Positions 29,301-39,161 are shown, counted from the first letter of the stretch. The stretch: 64,000 nucleotides of DNA from an uncultured Nitrososphaerota archaeon (GCA_963838925.1 CAWISW010000003.1:32001-96000); one strand, 5' to 3'. Program-made: numbers and translations. Notes: generated by a model from the sequence alone, not told the origin.

Positions 29301-29473
29301 GCAAGCTCATGGGGAAATGAGCCTCCGTTTTGTATAAGGGTTTGTCCGAACGGGACCAGGGCTTCACCGGGTTGGGTGTCTCGAACTGTCCCATCGAGTA
29401 CCTGATGCCCCGGCCCGGACGCGAACTTTGCTCCACAACCTCTAATTGTCTCCTCGCGTTCAAGCGGCAAGTC

Positions 29474-30139
29474 TTGAAGCCTGGGTCAAGGACGGGCATC
29501 TCATCTCGACTCGCACTTCTGGCTTTAGTGATCGTTCTTCTTCTAGCTTCAGCCGTCGGAGCGTACGAGTATGTCATAGCCAACAACCTGCAGAGCGAAA
29601 ACAGGACTCTCAGTTCTGAGGCCTCGAGCTACAGCAGCGATTACAGCGCCCAGCTTTCAGCCTATAGTGCCAACTCGGCTGCTTTGGTTCAGACATTAAT
29701 CTCCCACGTGCTTAATCTTCAGTCGGTAAACGGTCACTTCTTCAACAGAACCAAGGCTCTGGAAGACTATCTCGCCAACGCCACTATGACATGGTCCGGT
29801 ACCATGACAATGTCGGGTACCAATGTCACTGGGGGCATAGGAGATACTGATGTGGGCACTTCTGATATTGGTGGTACGCTCCGCACCTTCTTTGGAGAAG
29901 CCACCAGCCTCTACATTACTATAGATTCCTTCAACGTCACGAATGTCTCAAGCGGTACGGGAGACATCAGAGCCAACCTCTCTTTTGCAGGCTCCACCGC
30001 CATATGGGGAGCTATCAACGGGACCGTGTCCGCGAGTTACCAATTCGTTCACGAGAGTGGTGGCTGGTTGATTTCCAAGGAGGATTGGGATTTCGAGACC
30101 TTCGACGTCCAGTTCGCCCAGGGCATCCTCGGTCTTTGA
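29474..30139 (+). CDS. Membrane-anchored protein with NTF2/SnoaL-like C-terminal domain
   Basis: TM, short coil, ...GWLISKEDWDF C-terminus; AT-richer than host. Confidence 0.55.
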   Translation: MKPGSRTGISSRLALLALVIVLLLASAVGAYEYVIANNLQSENRTLSSEASSYSSDYSAQLSAYSANSAALVQTLISHVLNLQSVNGHFFNRTKALEDYLANATMTWSGTMTMSGTNVTGGIGDTDVGTSDIGGTLRTFFGEATSLYITIDSFNVTNVSSGTGDIRANLSFAGSTAIWGAINGTVSASYQFVHESGGWLISKEDWDFETFDVQFAQGILGL

Positions 30140-30184
30140 TGAGCTACTAGGTTGGCAGCTCTGGGTGGACCGTGTCAGTTACCG

Positions 30185-31624
30185 CTAGTACATCTGGATG
30201 GTGGGGTCGACCTCGTGGCCCCAGGCCTTGATGCCGCCCTTCAGGTTCTTCGCCTTCTTGAAGCCCAGACCGTTGAGGAACCTGACGGCCTGAGCGGACC
30301 TCGAGCCCATGTGGCAGTATACGACGATGGGCCTCGCGGTGTCTAGCTCGTTCACGTGGGCGGCGAGCTGCGCCAGCGGGATGAGCTTGGCGTTGTTCAG
30401 GTGGGCTATCTCGTACTCGAAGGGCTCCCTGACGTCGAGGAGCACGACGTCCCTGCCGCCGTCGATCTCCTTCTTCAGCTCCTTCGGCGTCACCTCGAAC
30501 TCCGCGCCCAGCTCCTCCTCGACTCCGCAGAACGCCTCGTAGTCGATGAGCTTGGTCACCGTCGGGTTGGGGCCGCAGATGGAGCAGTTGGGGTCCTTGC
30601 GGAGCTTGAGCTCCTTGAAGGTCATGTCGAGCGCGTCGAAGAGCATCAGCCTGCCGACGAGCGGCCTCCCCTTGCCCAGTATGATGTCGATCGCCTCCGC
30701 CGCCTGGATGCTCCCCATGATCCCTGGGAGGACCCCGAGCACGCCTCCCTCGGCGCACGAGGGGACGAGGCCGGGCGGCGGTGGCTCCGGGTAGAGGCAG
30801 CGGTAGCAGGGCCCCTCCCTCGCGTAGAAGACCGACGCCTGCCCCTCGAACCTGAATATGCTCGCGTAGACGTTGGGCTTCCCTAGGAGGACGCACGCGT
30901 CGTTCACGAGGTAGCGCGTGGGGAAGTTGTCGGTCCCGTCCATTATGACGTCGTAGGCGCCGAGTATCTCCAGGGCGTTGGAGGAGTCGAGCCTCACCTT
31001 GTGGACCTCAACCTTGATGTTCGGGTTGATCTCGAGGAGCCTCTCTCTCGCGATGTCGGCCTTGCCCTTCCCGATGTCCTGCTCTGTGTAGAGCACCTGG
31101 CGGTGGAGGTTGCTCTTCTCGATGACGTCGAAGTCGACTATCCCTATCCTCCCGACCCCGGCCGCGGCAAGGTAGGTGGCGGAGGGCGTCCCCAGGCCCC
31201 CGGCGCCGATTATCAGGACGCTCGCCGACTTCAGCTTGCTCTGGCCCTCGAGCCCGACCTCCGGCATGATTAGGTGGCGGCTGTAGCGCGCGAACTCGGA
31301 GCTGGAGAACGAGACCTTCGGCCCGGGCTCTTTGTCGGCCGAGGCGTGCGCTCCCCCGGCGACGGCGGGGATGATCATCAGGGTGTCGCCGTCCTTGAGG
31401 GCGGTGCTCTCTCCCTCCTTGTACCTGATGTCCTCCTCGTTGAGGTAGATGTTGATGAAGCTCCTCAGCCTCCCGCTGTCCGAGTAGAGGTGCTTCCTGA
31501 GGTTCGGGAAGGCGGTCACCAGTTCCTTCAGCGCGTCGCTGACGGTCCTGGCGTTGAGCTTGAGCTCGTCCTCGTTGTCGGTGTGCTGCCTCAGCGCGGT
31601 CGGGATGATTACGGTGACGGTCAT
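30185..31624 (-). CDS. Fusion of MoaD/CysO-like ubiquitin fold, MoeB/E1 adenylyltransferase and rhodanese
   Basis: Ubl ends IIPAVAGG at residue 91; GAGGLG, SNLHRQ, CYRC, PSCAEGG, CSIC; rhodanese VYCHMGSRS. Confidence 0.93.
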   Translation of the reverse strand: MTVTVIIPTALRQHTDNEDELKLNARTVSDALKELVTAFPNLRKHLYSDSGRLRSFINIYLNEEDIRYKEGESTALKDGDTLMIIPAVAGGAHASADKEPGPKVSFSSSEFARYSRHLIMPEVGLEGQSKLKSASVLIIGAGGLGTPSATYLAAAGVGRIGIVDFDVIEKSNLHRQVLYTEQDIGKGKADIARERLLEINPNIKVEVHKVRLDSSNALEILGAYDVIMDGTDNFPTRYLVNDACVLLGKPNVYASIFRFEGQASVFYAREGPCYRCLYPEPPPPGLVPSCAEGGVLGVLPGIMGSIQAAEAIDIILGKGRPLVGRLMLFDALDMTFKELKLRKDPNCSICGPNPTVTKLIDYEAFCGVEEELGAEFEVTPKELKKEIDGGRDVVLLDVREPFEYEIAHLNNAKLIPLAQLAAHVNELDTARPIVVYCHMGSRSAQAVRFLNGLGFKKAKNLKGGIKAWGHEVDPTIQMY

Positions 31625-32073
31625 GCCTTCTGGCTCACTCCGTTGTCTGCGGGCGCGCCGTCGTGTATCTCAATCTTCTCCTCGGCGACGGAACTGCGCT
31701 CCTGGTTGGGGAGCCAAGACCGCGTGTCCCCCGCCTCCCCCTTCGGGACGGAGACCACGACGTAGGAGTAGAACGGGAAGGAGTGCTCGAGGTCGAACTT
31801 CGAGAGGGTCGCGGGGTAGTCGGGGTGAGAGTGGTAGATGCCGGCGATGGCGAGGCCCTTCTTTGCGGCCTCCCTGTCTGCCCTGAAGAGCTCGAGGGGG
31901 TCGATGTGGTACCTGTCGTGCTTGGGCCCCGCGAACGCGTTCCTCATCTTGACCGCATCCACGACATCCTTGCTGCCGGAGCTGGCGATGAGCAGGCCGC
32001 AGCACTCCTCGGGGTACGTCGACTCGGCGTGGGCGTGGATGTCCTCGAAGGTCCGTCTGCCTATCCTGATCAA
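31621..32073 (-). CDS. JAB/MPN+ (Mec-like, M67) metalloprotease
   Basis: YPEECCG and YHSHPDYPATLSKFD (HxH-x7-S-x2-D). Confidence 0.92.
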   Translation of the reverse strand: MIRIGRRTFEDIHAHAESTYPEECCGLLIASSGSKDVVDAVKMRNAFAGPKHDRYHIDPLELFRADREAAKKGLAIAGIYHSHPDYPATLSKFDLEHSFPFYSYVVVSVPKGEAGDTRSWLPNQERSSVAEEKIEIHDGAPADNGVSQKA

Positions 32074-32277
32074 GTCCCCTTCGTCACGCCCCTACAGATT
32101 GTCGGATATGGTGTTTCGAGGCGAAAGAAATGCTCGTCAAAACGCCCTTCCATCATGACTAGAATCGGGTCCTCGGACCCGACCCAGTTCATAAATGTGA
32201 TGGTGGGGTATTCCTATCAGAATTATGTAGGAGGCTGAGCGTGCGCGTCCGTCGGGAGGAATGGGTATGTGCCCGCT

Positions 32278-33927
32278 TTACATTCCGGGCATGCCGCCCA
32301 TTCCGCCCATCCCACCCATGCCGCCTCCACCGCCGCCCGGTGGGGCCGACATCTTGCTGGATGCGATGACGTCGTCGATCCTGAGGAGCATCGACGCCGC
32401 CTCGGTCGCGGCCTTTAGTATCTGGAGCTTCACGGCGAGAGGCTCGACCACTCCCCTGGTCATCATGTTGGAGACCTTTCCGGAGAGAGCGTCGACTCCT
32501 GCCCACTTCTCGCCCTTGGCGTGCCTTGCCCTCAGCTCCACCTGGGTGTCGATGGCGTCCATCCCCGCGTTCTCTGCGAGGATCGTCGCGATGATCTCGA
32601 TCGCCTCCGAGAACTTGAGCGCGGCGAGCTGCTCCCTGCCGGTGAGCTTGCCTGCCCACTCCCTCACCTGGTACGCGACCTCGACCTCTGGCGCTCCGCC
32701 TCCCGCCACGATGGCCGGGTTCTCGATGACGTCCTTTGTGACCATTATCGCGTCGTGCATCGACCTCTCAGCCTCGTCGACGACGCGCTGCGAGCCTCCG
32801 CGGATGAGCAGTGTCACTGCCTTCGGGTTCTTCGCTCCCTCGATGAAGACCCACTTGTCGTCCTCTACCTTCCTCTCCTCCGCGATCTTGGCGTTGCCAA
32901 GGTCCTTCGTAGAGAGGTCGTCGAGGTTCGTGACTATCCTGGCTCCCGTGGCCTTTGATATCTTGGTCATGTCGCTCTCCTTCACTCGCCTGACCGCCAT
33001 GATGCCCGCCCTCGCGAGGTACTGCTGGGCGCTGTCGTCGATGCCCTTCTGGCAGACGAGCACGTTCGCCCCTGAATCGGAGATCTTCTTGACCATGCCC
33101 TTCAGGATGTTGTTCTCCTCCTCGAGGAACTCCTGCATCTGGCTGGGGTCGTTTATCCTAATCTCTGCGCTGAACTCGGTCTTCTCGATCTCAAGTGGCG
33201 AGTTGACGAGCGCGATCTTTGCGCCCTCGATCTTCTTGGGCATCGCCGAGTGGACGACTTCCTTGTCGAGCGCGACTCCAGAGATGAGCTTGGTGTCCAT
33301 CATGGAGCCTCCGGGCTTCTTCTCGACCTTCACGTTGTCGATGTCCACCCTGTAGGTGCCGTCCTCTTGCTTCTCCGCGACCTGCGTGACCGCGTCCACG
33401 ACGAGGCCTGCGAGGAAGGGCGCGTCGTCTGAGACGAGCTTGGTCTGCATGCTGGTCGTCGCCACCTTGATGAGGTCAGCCCTCGAGGTGGGGTCGACCT
33501 TCTCGGCGATCTTCTGGAGGACCGCCTCCGCCTTCTCGAGCGCCTTCATGTATCCGTCCACGACCACGGTCGGGTGGACGTCCTGGTTGATCAGCTCCTC
33601 GGCCTTCTCGAGAAGAGAGCCTGCGAGGATGACGCCGGAGGTGGTGCCGTCGCCCACCTCGTTGTCGGTGGCCTTGCTGATCTCGACCATCATCTTCGCG
33701 GCTGGGTGCTGAACGTCAATCTCCTTCAGCATCGTCGCGCCGTCGTTGGTAATCGTCACGTCGCCGAGCGAGTCGACGAGCATCTTGTCCATGCCCCTGG
33801 GACCCAGGGAGGTCTTCACGAGCTCAGCGATGAGCTTCGCGGCCTGGATGTTGTTGCGCTGCGCTTCCCTGCCCTTCGACTCTGAACTGCCTTCTTTTAG
33901 AATGATATACTGCGGACCGTTCGACAT
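32278..33927 (-). CDS. ths: Thermosome (group II chaperonin) subunit
   Basis: [28 protein letters not shown]-rich tail. Confidence 0.98.
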   Translation of the reverse strand: MSNGPQYIILKEGSSESKGREAQRNNIQAAKLIAELVKTSLGPRGMDKMLVDSLGDVTITNDGATMLKEIDVQHPAAKMMVEISKATDNEVGDGTTSGVILAGSLLEKAEELINQDVHPTVVVDGYMKALEKAEAVLQKIAEKVDPTSRADLIKVATTSMQTKLVSDDAPFLAGLVVDAVTQVAEKQEDGTYRVDIDNVKVEKKPGGSMMDTKLISGVALDKEVVHSAMPKKIEGAKIALVNSPLEIEKTEFSAEIRINDPSQMQEFLEEENNILKGMVKKISDSGANVLVCQKGIDDSAQQYLARAGIMAVRRVKESDMTKISKATGARIVTNLDDLSTKDLGNAKIAEERKVEDDKWVFIEGAKNPKAVTLLIRGGSQRVVDEAERSMHDAIMVTKDVIENPAIVAGGGAPEVEVAYQVREWAGKLTGREQLAALKFSEAIEIIATILAENAGMDAIDTQVELRARHAKGEKWAGVDALSGKVSNMMTRGVVEPLAVKLQILKAATEAASMLLRIDDVIASSKMSAPPGGGGGGMGGMGGMGGMPGM

Positions 33928-33945
33928 CTAATAATGCACTGGCGG

Positions 33946-33966
33946 TATACAACTTACCGTTGTATA
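33946..33966. promoter_or_regulatory. Inverted repeat overlapping the thermosome TATA box
   Basis: TATACAAC-N5-GTTGTATA; TTATATAC on the minus strand. Confidence 0.5.
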
Positions 33967-34066
33967 TAATCGTTACGCGGGGCGGTTTCAGGGCATTTTA
34001 CAGAATCGGGCGACATCTGGAGGCGGCCTTCCCCTTATCAATGACCTCATTCCTCGCAGGCAGGCT

Positions 34067-34441
34067 TTGGGCATCGCGTACGGAGGGCTGGTCGAGGTGA
34101 GGCCGTGCCCGCACGGGAGAGGGCTCTTCGCGACCAGGGACATCGAAGAGGGCAGCGTCATTCGCGAGTTCGAAGACCTAGTCCTGACTTCCAGCCCGAC
34201 CTCGACCCCGGAGGGGAGGTACGCCCTGCAAATAGGCGAAAACGAGTACTGGGACGGGTTTCCAGCGGGAAGCACGGACTATTGGTCGAACTTCATCGAC
34301 CACAGCAGCGACCCCAACGCGGCGTTCGTCATCGACGGCGACAGGAAGAGGGCGCGGTTCAAGGCGACGAAGCGAATAGAGAGGGGCCAGGAGCTATTCG
34401 TCGATTACAGGGCTTACCATCATACCAACCCCGTCTTCTGA
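34067..34441 (+). CDS. Minimal SET-domain protein
   Basis: HGRGLFATRDI, FIDHSSDPN, GQELFVDY. Confidence 0.85.
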   Translation: MGIAYGGLVEVRPCPHGRGLFATRDIEEGSVIREFEDLVLTSSPTSTPEGRYALQIGENEYWDGFPAGSTDYWSNFIDHSSDPNAAFVIDGDRKRARFKATKRIERGQELFVDYRAYHHTNPVF

Positions 34442-34896
34442 GGGACCGGTGGCTCCTCGCTCAGGTCTTTGGGAGCCCTGGACATCAGGGCGACGAAGGT
34501 GAGAAGGTAGTTGATGCAGTAGAGCGAGATGCAGACGAGGCAGTACACGCCGTGGAGGAGCGTGAACTCGATGTACCACGGGTAGAGCGTGAAGATGTTC
34601 CCGATCATCAGGAACGGCACCAGGACGGACCCTAGGGGGTTCCCGTACTTGCGGATGGCCAAGAGGCCGGCGAGGATGCAGACCGGGAACCATACGACCC
34701 CGTAGACCCAGAAGTCGATGCCGAGGACCGTAGTGTAGCCGCTCGCGAAGACCGCCTGGCAGCTGAACACCGATGAGAAGCTGCAAGACGTTAGGGTGAA
34801 CGTTATCTCTCCGTAGGCGTGGTAGACGGCTACCGCGACGCCCATGACTGAGAGGGCGATGAAGGCTTTGGAGCGCCAGTCGTAGGCCAAGGCCAA
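34420..34896 (-). CDS. VKOR-family disulfide oxidoreductase
   Basis: Loop cysteines SC...SC, four TMs, CLVC motif. Confidence 0.88.
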   Translation of the reverse strand: MALAYDWRSKAFIALSVMGVAVAVYHAYGEITFTLTSCSFSSVFSCQAVFASGYTTVLGIDFWVYGVVWFPVCILAGLLAIRKYGNPLGSVLVPFLMIGNIFTLYPWYIEFTLLHGVYCLVCISLYCINYLLTFVALMSRAPKDLSEEPPVPQKTGLV

Positions 34897-34900
34897 GCGC

Positions 34901-35845
34901 CTAGACCCAGTAGGTGAGGCGTGTCGGCGCGAGCCTGGTGACAGAGGCCGAAGGCGCGGGCCCGGTCAGCACGGCATCCGAGGCCATGAGCTGCGAGCCG
35001 CTCGAGGGCGACGGCCTGGTGTAGCTCGCGGTCTGCGCGAGGCCCTGGGAGCAGATGCTCGTGGGCGCGCCTCCGTCGATCTTGCATATGATCGAGATCA
35101 GCCGGTTGGCGGCTCCGTCGATGTACAGCGCGTAGGTGCTGCTCGGCGTGTTTAGCTGGGAGGCGATCTGCGTCCAGTTGGCGTTGGCGAGGGTCGGAGG
35201 GGTGTACTGGGAGCCAGTTAGGATGTACTGGTTCGCAAAGTCCACGAACGGGATCGATTGGGCGTTGTCATACTTGTTCATGAGCGCGGTCGAGTTCGCG
35301 TCGGGGGTCTGGAGCGCGAGGTGGTTCCGGTCGACTTGCTCGAACTCCTTGAAGGTGATGTACTTGCTCACGTAGGTCGCGTCCTTGAGCGTGAAGGTGT
35401 CGGTGTTGGGGTAGCTCTCGGGGGCCGGGGCCGACTGCATGTACTCGATCCGGGTGAAGTTCCCGAACTTGTCCAGAGCCACGATCATCGCCCAGCGCTC
35501 CGCCGCGCAGAACGGGCAGTACTCGGCGCCTACGTAGAGGACCTCGGGCTTGCCGTCGAGGAGGAGCGGCGAGGTGGGGGTGACGGCGCTGGTGGTCGTC
35601 GAGGTGGGCGACGAGACGCCCGTCGGGCCAGAGCCCACCTGGTCGAGGGTCGCGACGCTCACGTCGTTGAGCTCGTTGAGCACGGGGTTCTGGGGGACCG
35701 CCTGCCCGATGAGCGGGCTGCCGGAGGCGGCGCCCGAGGTCGTGAAGATGTAATAGCCGACCACGCCAGTGACAACTACCAACCCGAGTATGATGTATGG
35801 CGTGTAAGACCGCTTGGTCCCGGACCTTCGGCCCTTTCGACTCAT
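34901..35845 (-). CDS. DUF929 thioredoxin-like membrane-anchored protein
   Basis: GKPEVLYVGAEYCPFCAAERW, IPFVDF. Confidence 0.85.
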   Translation of the reverse strand: MSRKGRRSGTKRSYTPYIILGLVVVTGVVGYYIFTTSGAASGSPLIGQAVPQNPVLNELNDVSVATLDQVGSGPTGVSSPTSTTTSAVTPTSPLLLDGKPEVLYVGAEYCPFCAAERWAMIVALDKFGNFTRIEYMQSAPAPESYPNTDTFTLKDATYVSKYITFKEFEQVDRNHLALQTPDANSTALMNKYDNAQSIPFVDFANQYILTGSQYTPPTLANANWTQIASQLNTPSSTYALYIDGAANRLISIICKIDGGAPTSICSQGLAQTASYTRPSPSSGSQLMASDAVLTGPAPSASVTRLAPTRLTYWV

Positions 35846-35895
35846 CTTTCCGGTGCACCGACCCCACGGCGTAATATAACTTGTGGAAAGATTGG

Positions 35896-36465
35896 CTATT
35901 CCGTCCGCTGGCGGTGGCGGGCCCCGCCCTTAGCGACGAGGACGTCGGTGGACTTTACTATGGCCTCCACCTCGTCGCCCTCCTCCAGGGCGAGGTCTTC
36001 GACCGCATCGTTCGTGATGATCGAAGTCAGCGTGTTGGCCGAGACGAGGCGCATCTTCACCTGGGAGGTAACCACCCCCCTCTTGACCTCGACCACCTTC
36101 GCCCGGAGCCTGTTTCGCGCGCTAAGCCTGTAGCCGACGTCCTCCCAGGCCTCCTTGTCGTCGAGCATGTTGAAGAGCATCTTCCGCGTCTTCCTGAACT
36201 CCTTCAGCAGCTGCACCCCGTCCGGGGTCAGGGTCGCGCCTCCCCCTGTCTTGCCGCCCACCTTCGTCTCTACGAGGCGCCGGTGGAGCTTCTCCTCCAT
36301 CGCCTTGACGCGGTCCCAAGCGTTCCGGTAAGATATCCCGACCTCCTTCGCCGCCTCGGTGAGGGAGCGCGTCTCGTCGACCCGCCTCAACAAGAAGGCG
36401 TCGGTCTGGTCGAGCATCACCTCGCTCTTCGCATCCTCCATCCAGAGGCGAAACGCGGGCGTCAA
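35896..36465 (-). CDS. modE: ModE-like molybdate-responsive regulator (wHTH plus TOBE)
   Basis: SLTEAAKEVGISYRNAW...GGKTGGGATLT; SARNRL...SIITNDAVEDL...AIVKS. Confidence 0.9.
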   Translation of the reverse strand: MTPAFRLWMEDAKSEVMLDQTDAFLLRRVDETRSLTEAAKEVGISYRNAWDRVKAMEEKLHRRLVETKVGGKTGGGATLTPDGVQLLKEFRKTRKMLFNMLDDKEAWEDVGYRLSARNRLRAKVVEVKRGVVTSQVKMRLVSANTLTSIITNDAVEDLALEEGDEVEAIVKSTDVLVAKGGARHRQRTE

Positions 36466-36568
36466 AGGCGGTTCGGGCTTCTTTGGCGTTGGCTTGGCAC
36501 CCTCGCGACCAAGGGTGGCGGCTCGGTATAAACGGTTGCGCGAGCGCGAGGGGCTCGGCCTCTGCCTG

Positions 36569-37342
36569 CTACCTCTTCCGGATGAAGTGTGCGGCCAACG
36601 CGATGGGCAGCGAGACGAGGATCATCATGGCGGACGCCGTCACCGACGCGTTGAGGCCTCCGGGGAGGCCTCCAGTGAAGAGCTCGTAGATCGAGACCGA
36701 TGCGGGGCTCACGCCGTAGAAGGGATACTGCAGCACGTAGTACGCGATGATTGAGATGGAGCCGAACTCGCTGAGGGCCCTGCTCATCGAGATGAGCGAG
36801 GCGCTCTCCACGCCCGGGACGGAGCTCGGAAGGACGACCGAGAATAGCGTGCGCAGCCTGGACGCCCCCAGCCCCATCGCGAACTCCTCGGGGGAGGCGT
36901 CCCTGGACTCTAGGTATGGCTGCAGGGACTTTACGTAAATGGGCGCGGACATCACGACCAGCGCCACGACGAGCCCGAGGATCGTGTTGTAGAAGTTGAT
37001 CCCGATGGACAGCAGGAACCTCCCGCTCGGGGTCAGCGGGCTGTCCAAGATCAGGAGGGCCACGCCGATGATCGGGTGAGGCACGCTCACGGGGATGTCG
37101 ACGAGGGTCTCGGCGACCCTGTCTCGGCTCCTGGCGAGGTAGTACGCGAGCGGGGTGAAGAGCAGCACGTTGACCACCACTGCCAGCGCGGAGGAGACGA
37201 ACGAGAGCTCGATGGAGCGAAAGATCTGGACGGAGTAGCCCGCGGGGTTCCTGAGAGGGCCTAGACCGTAGTACAGGATGACGGCTATCGGGATAAGGAG
37301 GAGGAGGACCACGATGAGGGAGACGGCTCTGAGCCCGTTCAT
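36569..37342 (-). CDS. Molybdate/tungstate ABC permease (ModB/WtpB-like)
   Basis: PLAYYLAR, DIPVSVPH, EEFAMGLGAS, RALSEFG. Confidence 0.88.
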   Translation of the reverse strand: MNGLRAVSLIVVLLLLIPIAVILYYGLGPLRNPAGYSVQIFRSIELSFVSSALAVVVNVLLFTPLAYYLARSRDRVAETLVDIPVSVPHPIIGVALLILDSPLTPSGRFLLSIGINFYNTILGLVVALVVMSAPIYVKSLQPYLESRDASPEEFAMGLGASRLRTLFSVVLPSSVPGVESASLISMSRALSEFGSISIIAYYVLQYPFYGVSPASVSIYELFTGGLPGGLNASVTASAMMILVSLPIALAAHFIRKR

Positions 37343-37352
37343 GATGGGGAGC

Positions 37353-38483
37353 CTACGGAAGTTCTCCGGCTTCGACTACAAGGCCCTGCGAGACAAGGGC
37401 CTGGACGGCCGCGGGGGGCGGGACGTTGTTGTACAGCATCGCGACTGCGAACGGCTGCAGGCCGTAGGAGGAGAGCGTCTTCGCGTTCTGGACGACGTAC
37501 TGGACGAACTGGAGCGCCTCGGCCGTGTTGACCGAGCTCAGGGGAACGGTGATGCACAGGATGATCGCCGCTCCAGCGGTCTTCCCCGCCGAATCGGTGT
37601 ATGAGAAGTTCGAGTAGAATGTGCCCAGGCTCGGGCTCCCCAGGTTGACGTGGCTGTCCAGGGCGATGAACTTGAGGCCGGCGGCGACCGCGGCCGACTT
37701 GTAGATGAAGAGGAACTGGATCTGGCCCGCCTGGAGGGGGGCGACGAGGGCGGCCGCGTTGGTGCCCGTCACGTTCGCGTTGTTCTGGAGCAGCGGGCTC
37801 ACGTAGGCCTGCTGGTCTCCGCCCGAGTAGAGGTGGCCGGCCGCCTCAAGGACGAGCCAGCCTCGGAGGCCCGCCGGGTCGGCGACCGGGTTCGAGATGC
37901 CCAGCTTGACGCCGCCGGAGGTCAGGGCCAGGTAGAAGGCGTTCCAGTCCGACGTCGCGTTCGACTTGGCCGCCGTGCTCGCCAGGCTGATGACGTTGGC
38001 GGCCGCGGAGGTCTGCGTGGCGTTCGAGTAGGCGAGGACCATCTGGTCCGAGGCGAAGCCGACCGCCCAGTTCGAGGTGAGGTTCTTCAGGTACTGCGCC
38101 GAGGTCGCGGCGAGAGCTACAGACACGAAGACGTCGTCGGGGGCCCCCGCGGCGATCTGGTTGGCGTCGGCGAACGAGCCGGCCGACTTCACCGGCGCTA
38201 CCTGCGCGCCGGTGCTGGTGGCGAACCCGTTGAGGAGGGAGGTGACCTCGGCGGCGTAGGCGTCGGCGGAGTACGAGATCATCGGGGCGCCCGTGGTGGT
38301 CACGGATGTGACGACCGAGGTCGTCACAGAGGTCGAGACGGACGTTGCCGTCGTGGTGGAGACCGACGTGGAAGTCTCCGCGGGCTTCGTGTAGACGACG
38401 TAGCTCGCCACCAGGATCACCACCATGACCGCGGCGACCGAGCCTGCGGCGACGGTTGAGACTCCAGCCCTCCGCATCTTCAT
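37353..38483 (-). CDS. Molybdate/tungstate ABC substrate-binding protein (ModA/WtpA-like)
   Basis: TM anchor plus Thr linker, AGS, DVFVS, SNPVADPAGLR, FIYKS. Confidence 0.85.
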   Translation of the reverse strand: MKMRRAGVSTVAAGSVAAVMVVILVASYVVYTKPAETSTSVSTTTATSVSTSVTTSVVTSVTTTGAPMISYSADAYAAEVTSLLNGFATSTGAQVAPVKSAGSFADANQIAAGAPDDVFVSVALAATSAQYLKNLTSNWAVGFASDQMVLAYSNATQTSAAANVISLASTAAKSNATSDWNAFYLALTSGGVKLGISNPVADPAGLRGWLVLEAAGHLYSGGDQQAYVSPLLQNNANVTGTNAAALVAPLQAGQIQFLFIYKSAAVAAGLKFIALDSHVNLGSPSLGTFYSNFSYTDSAGKTAGAAIILCITVPLSSVNTAEALQFVQYVVQNAKTLSSYGLQPFAVAMLYNNVPPPAAVQALVSQGLVVEAGELP

Positions 38484-38490
38484 GGGTTAA

Positions 38491-38514
38491 CGATATGCAT
38501 GACGTTGCATAACG
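38491..38514. promoter_or_regulatory. ModE-box-like operator
   Basis: CGATATGCA-N6-TGCATAACG matches the ModE layout CG-N-TATATA-N6-TATATA-N-CG. Confidence 0.7.
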
Positions 38515-38549
38515 CTATTTATCTTTTGGGAGAAAGGCGCGAGCTGGGC

Positions 38550-39155
38550 TTGATCGAGGCGTCAGTGCAGAAGCGGTTCGGCCAGTTCTCGCTCGACGCG
38601 AGCATTAGCGAAGGCGGCTTCATCTGCCTGGCGGGGAAGAACGGCTCTGGCAAGACCACCTTCCTCAGGATCGTGGCGGGCCTGACCGCGCCCGACGGCG
38701 GGCACGTGAAGATCAACGGCAGGGAGGTCACGGGCCTGCCCCTCGAGAGAAAGGGCGTGGTGATGGTGACGCCGGAGTCTTCCATTCCCAGCCTCGAGGT
38801 GGACGGGCACCTCCGATGGGGCGCTAAGCTGAAGCGCGTAGAGATCGGCGAGGAGAGGCTGGAATCGGTCAAGGCGAAGTTGGGGCTGGACTTCCACGGG
38901 AAGGTCGGCAAGCTGAGCCTCGGGATGCGTGAACGGGTCTCGCTCGCGACGGCGCTCCTCTCGGCGCCGGCGGGGATTCTCGTAGACGAGGCTTTCTCAA
39001 ACCTGCACGAGCGCGAGGAGTTCATCGCTTCCTACCGGAAGCTTACGACTGAAGCGGGGATTGACGTGGTCTTCTCCACGCAAGACGAGTCTGACGGGAG
39101 GCTCGCCGAGCACCTTTACCTGATGGAGGAGGGCAGGATGGCTAGGAGGTTCTGA
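38550..39155 (+). CDS. ABC ATPase (ModC/WtpC-like), divergently transcribed
   Basis: GKNGSGKTT, LSLGMRER, LVDEAF. Confidence 0.85.
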   Translation: MIEASVQKRFGQFSLDASISEGGFICLAGKNGSGKTTFLRIVAGLTAPDGGHVKINGREVTGLPLERKGVVMVTPESSIPSLEVDGHLRWGAKLKRVEIGEERLESVKAKLGLDFHGKVGKLSLGMRERVSLATALLSAPAGILVDEAFSNLHEREEFIASYRKLTTEAGIDVVFSTQDESDGRLAEHLYLMEEGRMARRF

Positions 39156-39161
39156 GGGCGC

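Noticed and set aside
32278-32345. GGM repeat at the thermosome 3' end and poly-Thr/Ser tracts in surface proteins as repeat elements
   Set aside because: Ordinary low-complexity coding features
32261-33355. Long antisense and alternative-frame ORFs (also 50459..52381, 58879..60306, 3806..4849 and others)
   Set aside because: Shadows of high-GC3 genes; Arg/Pro/Gly-rich or mirror translations with no motifs
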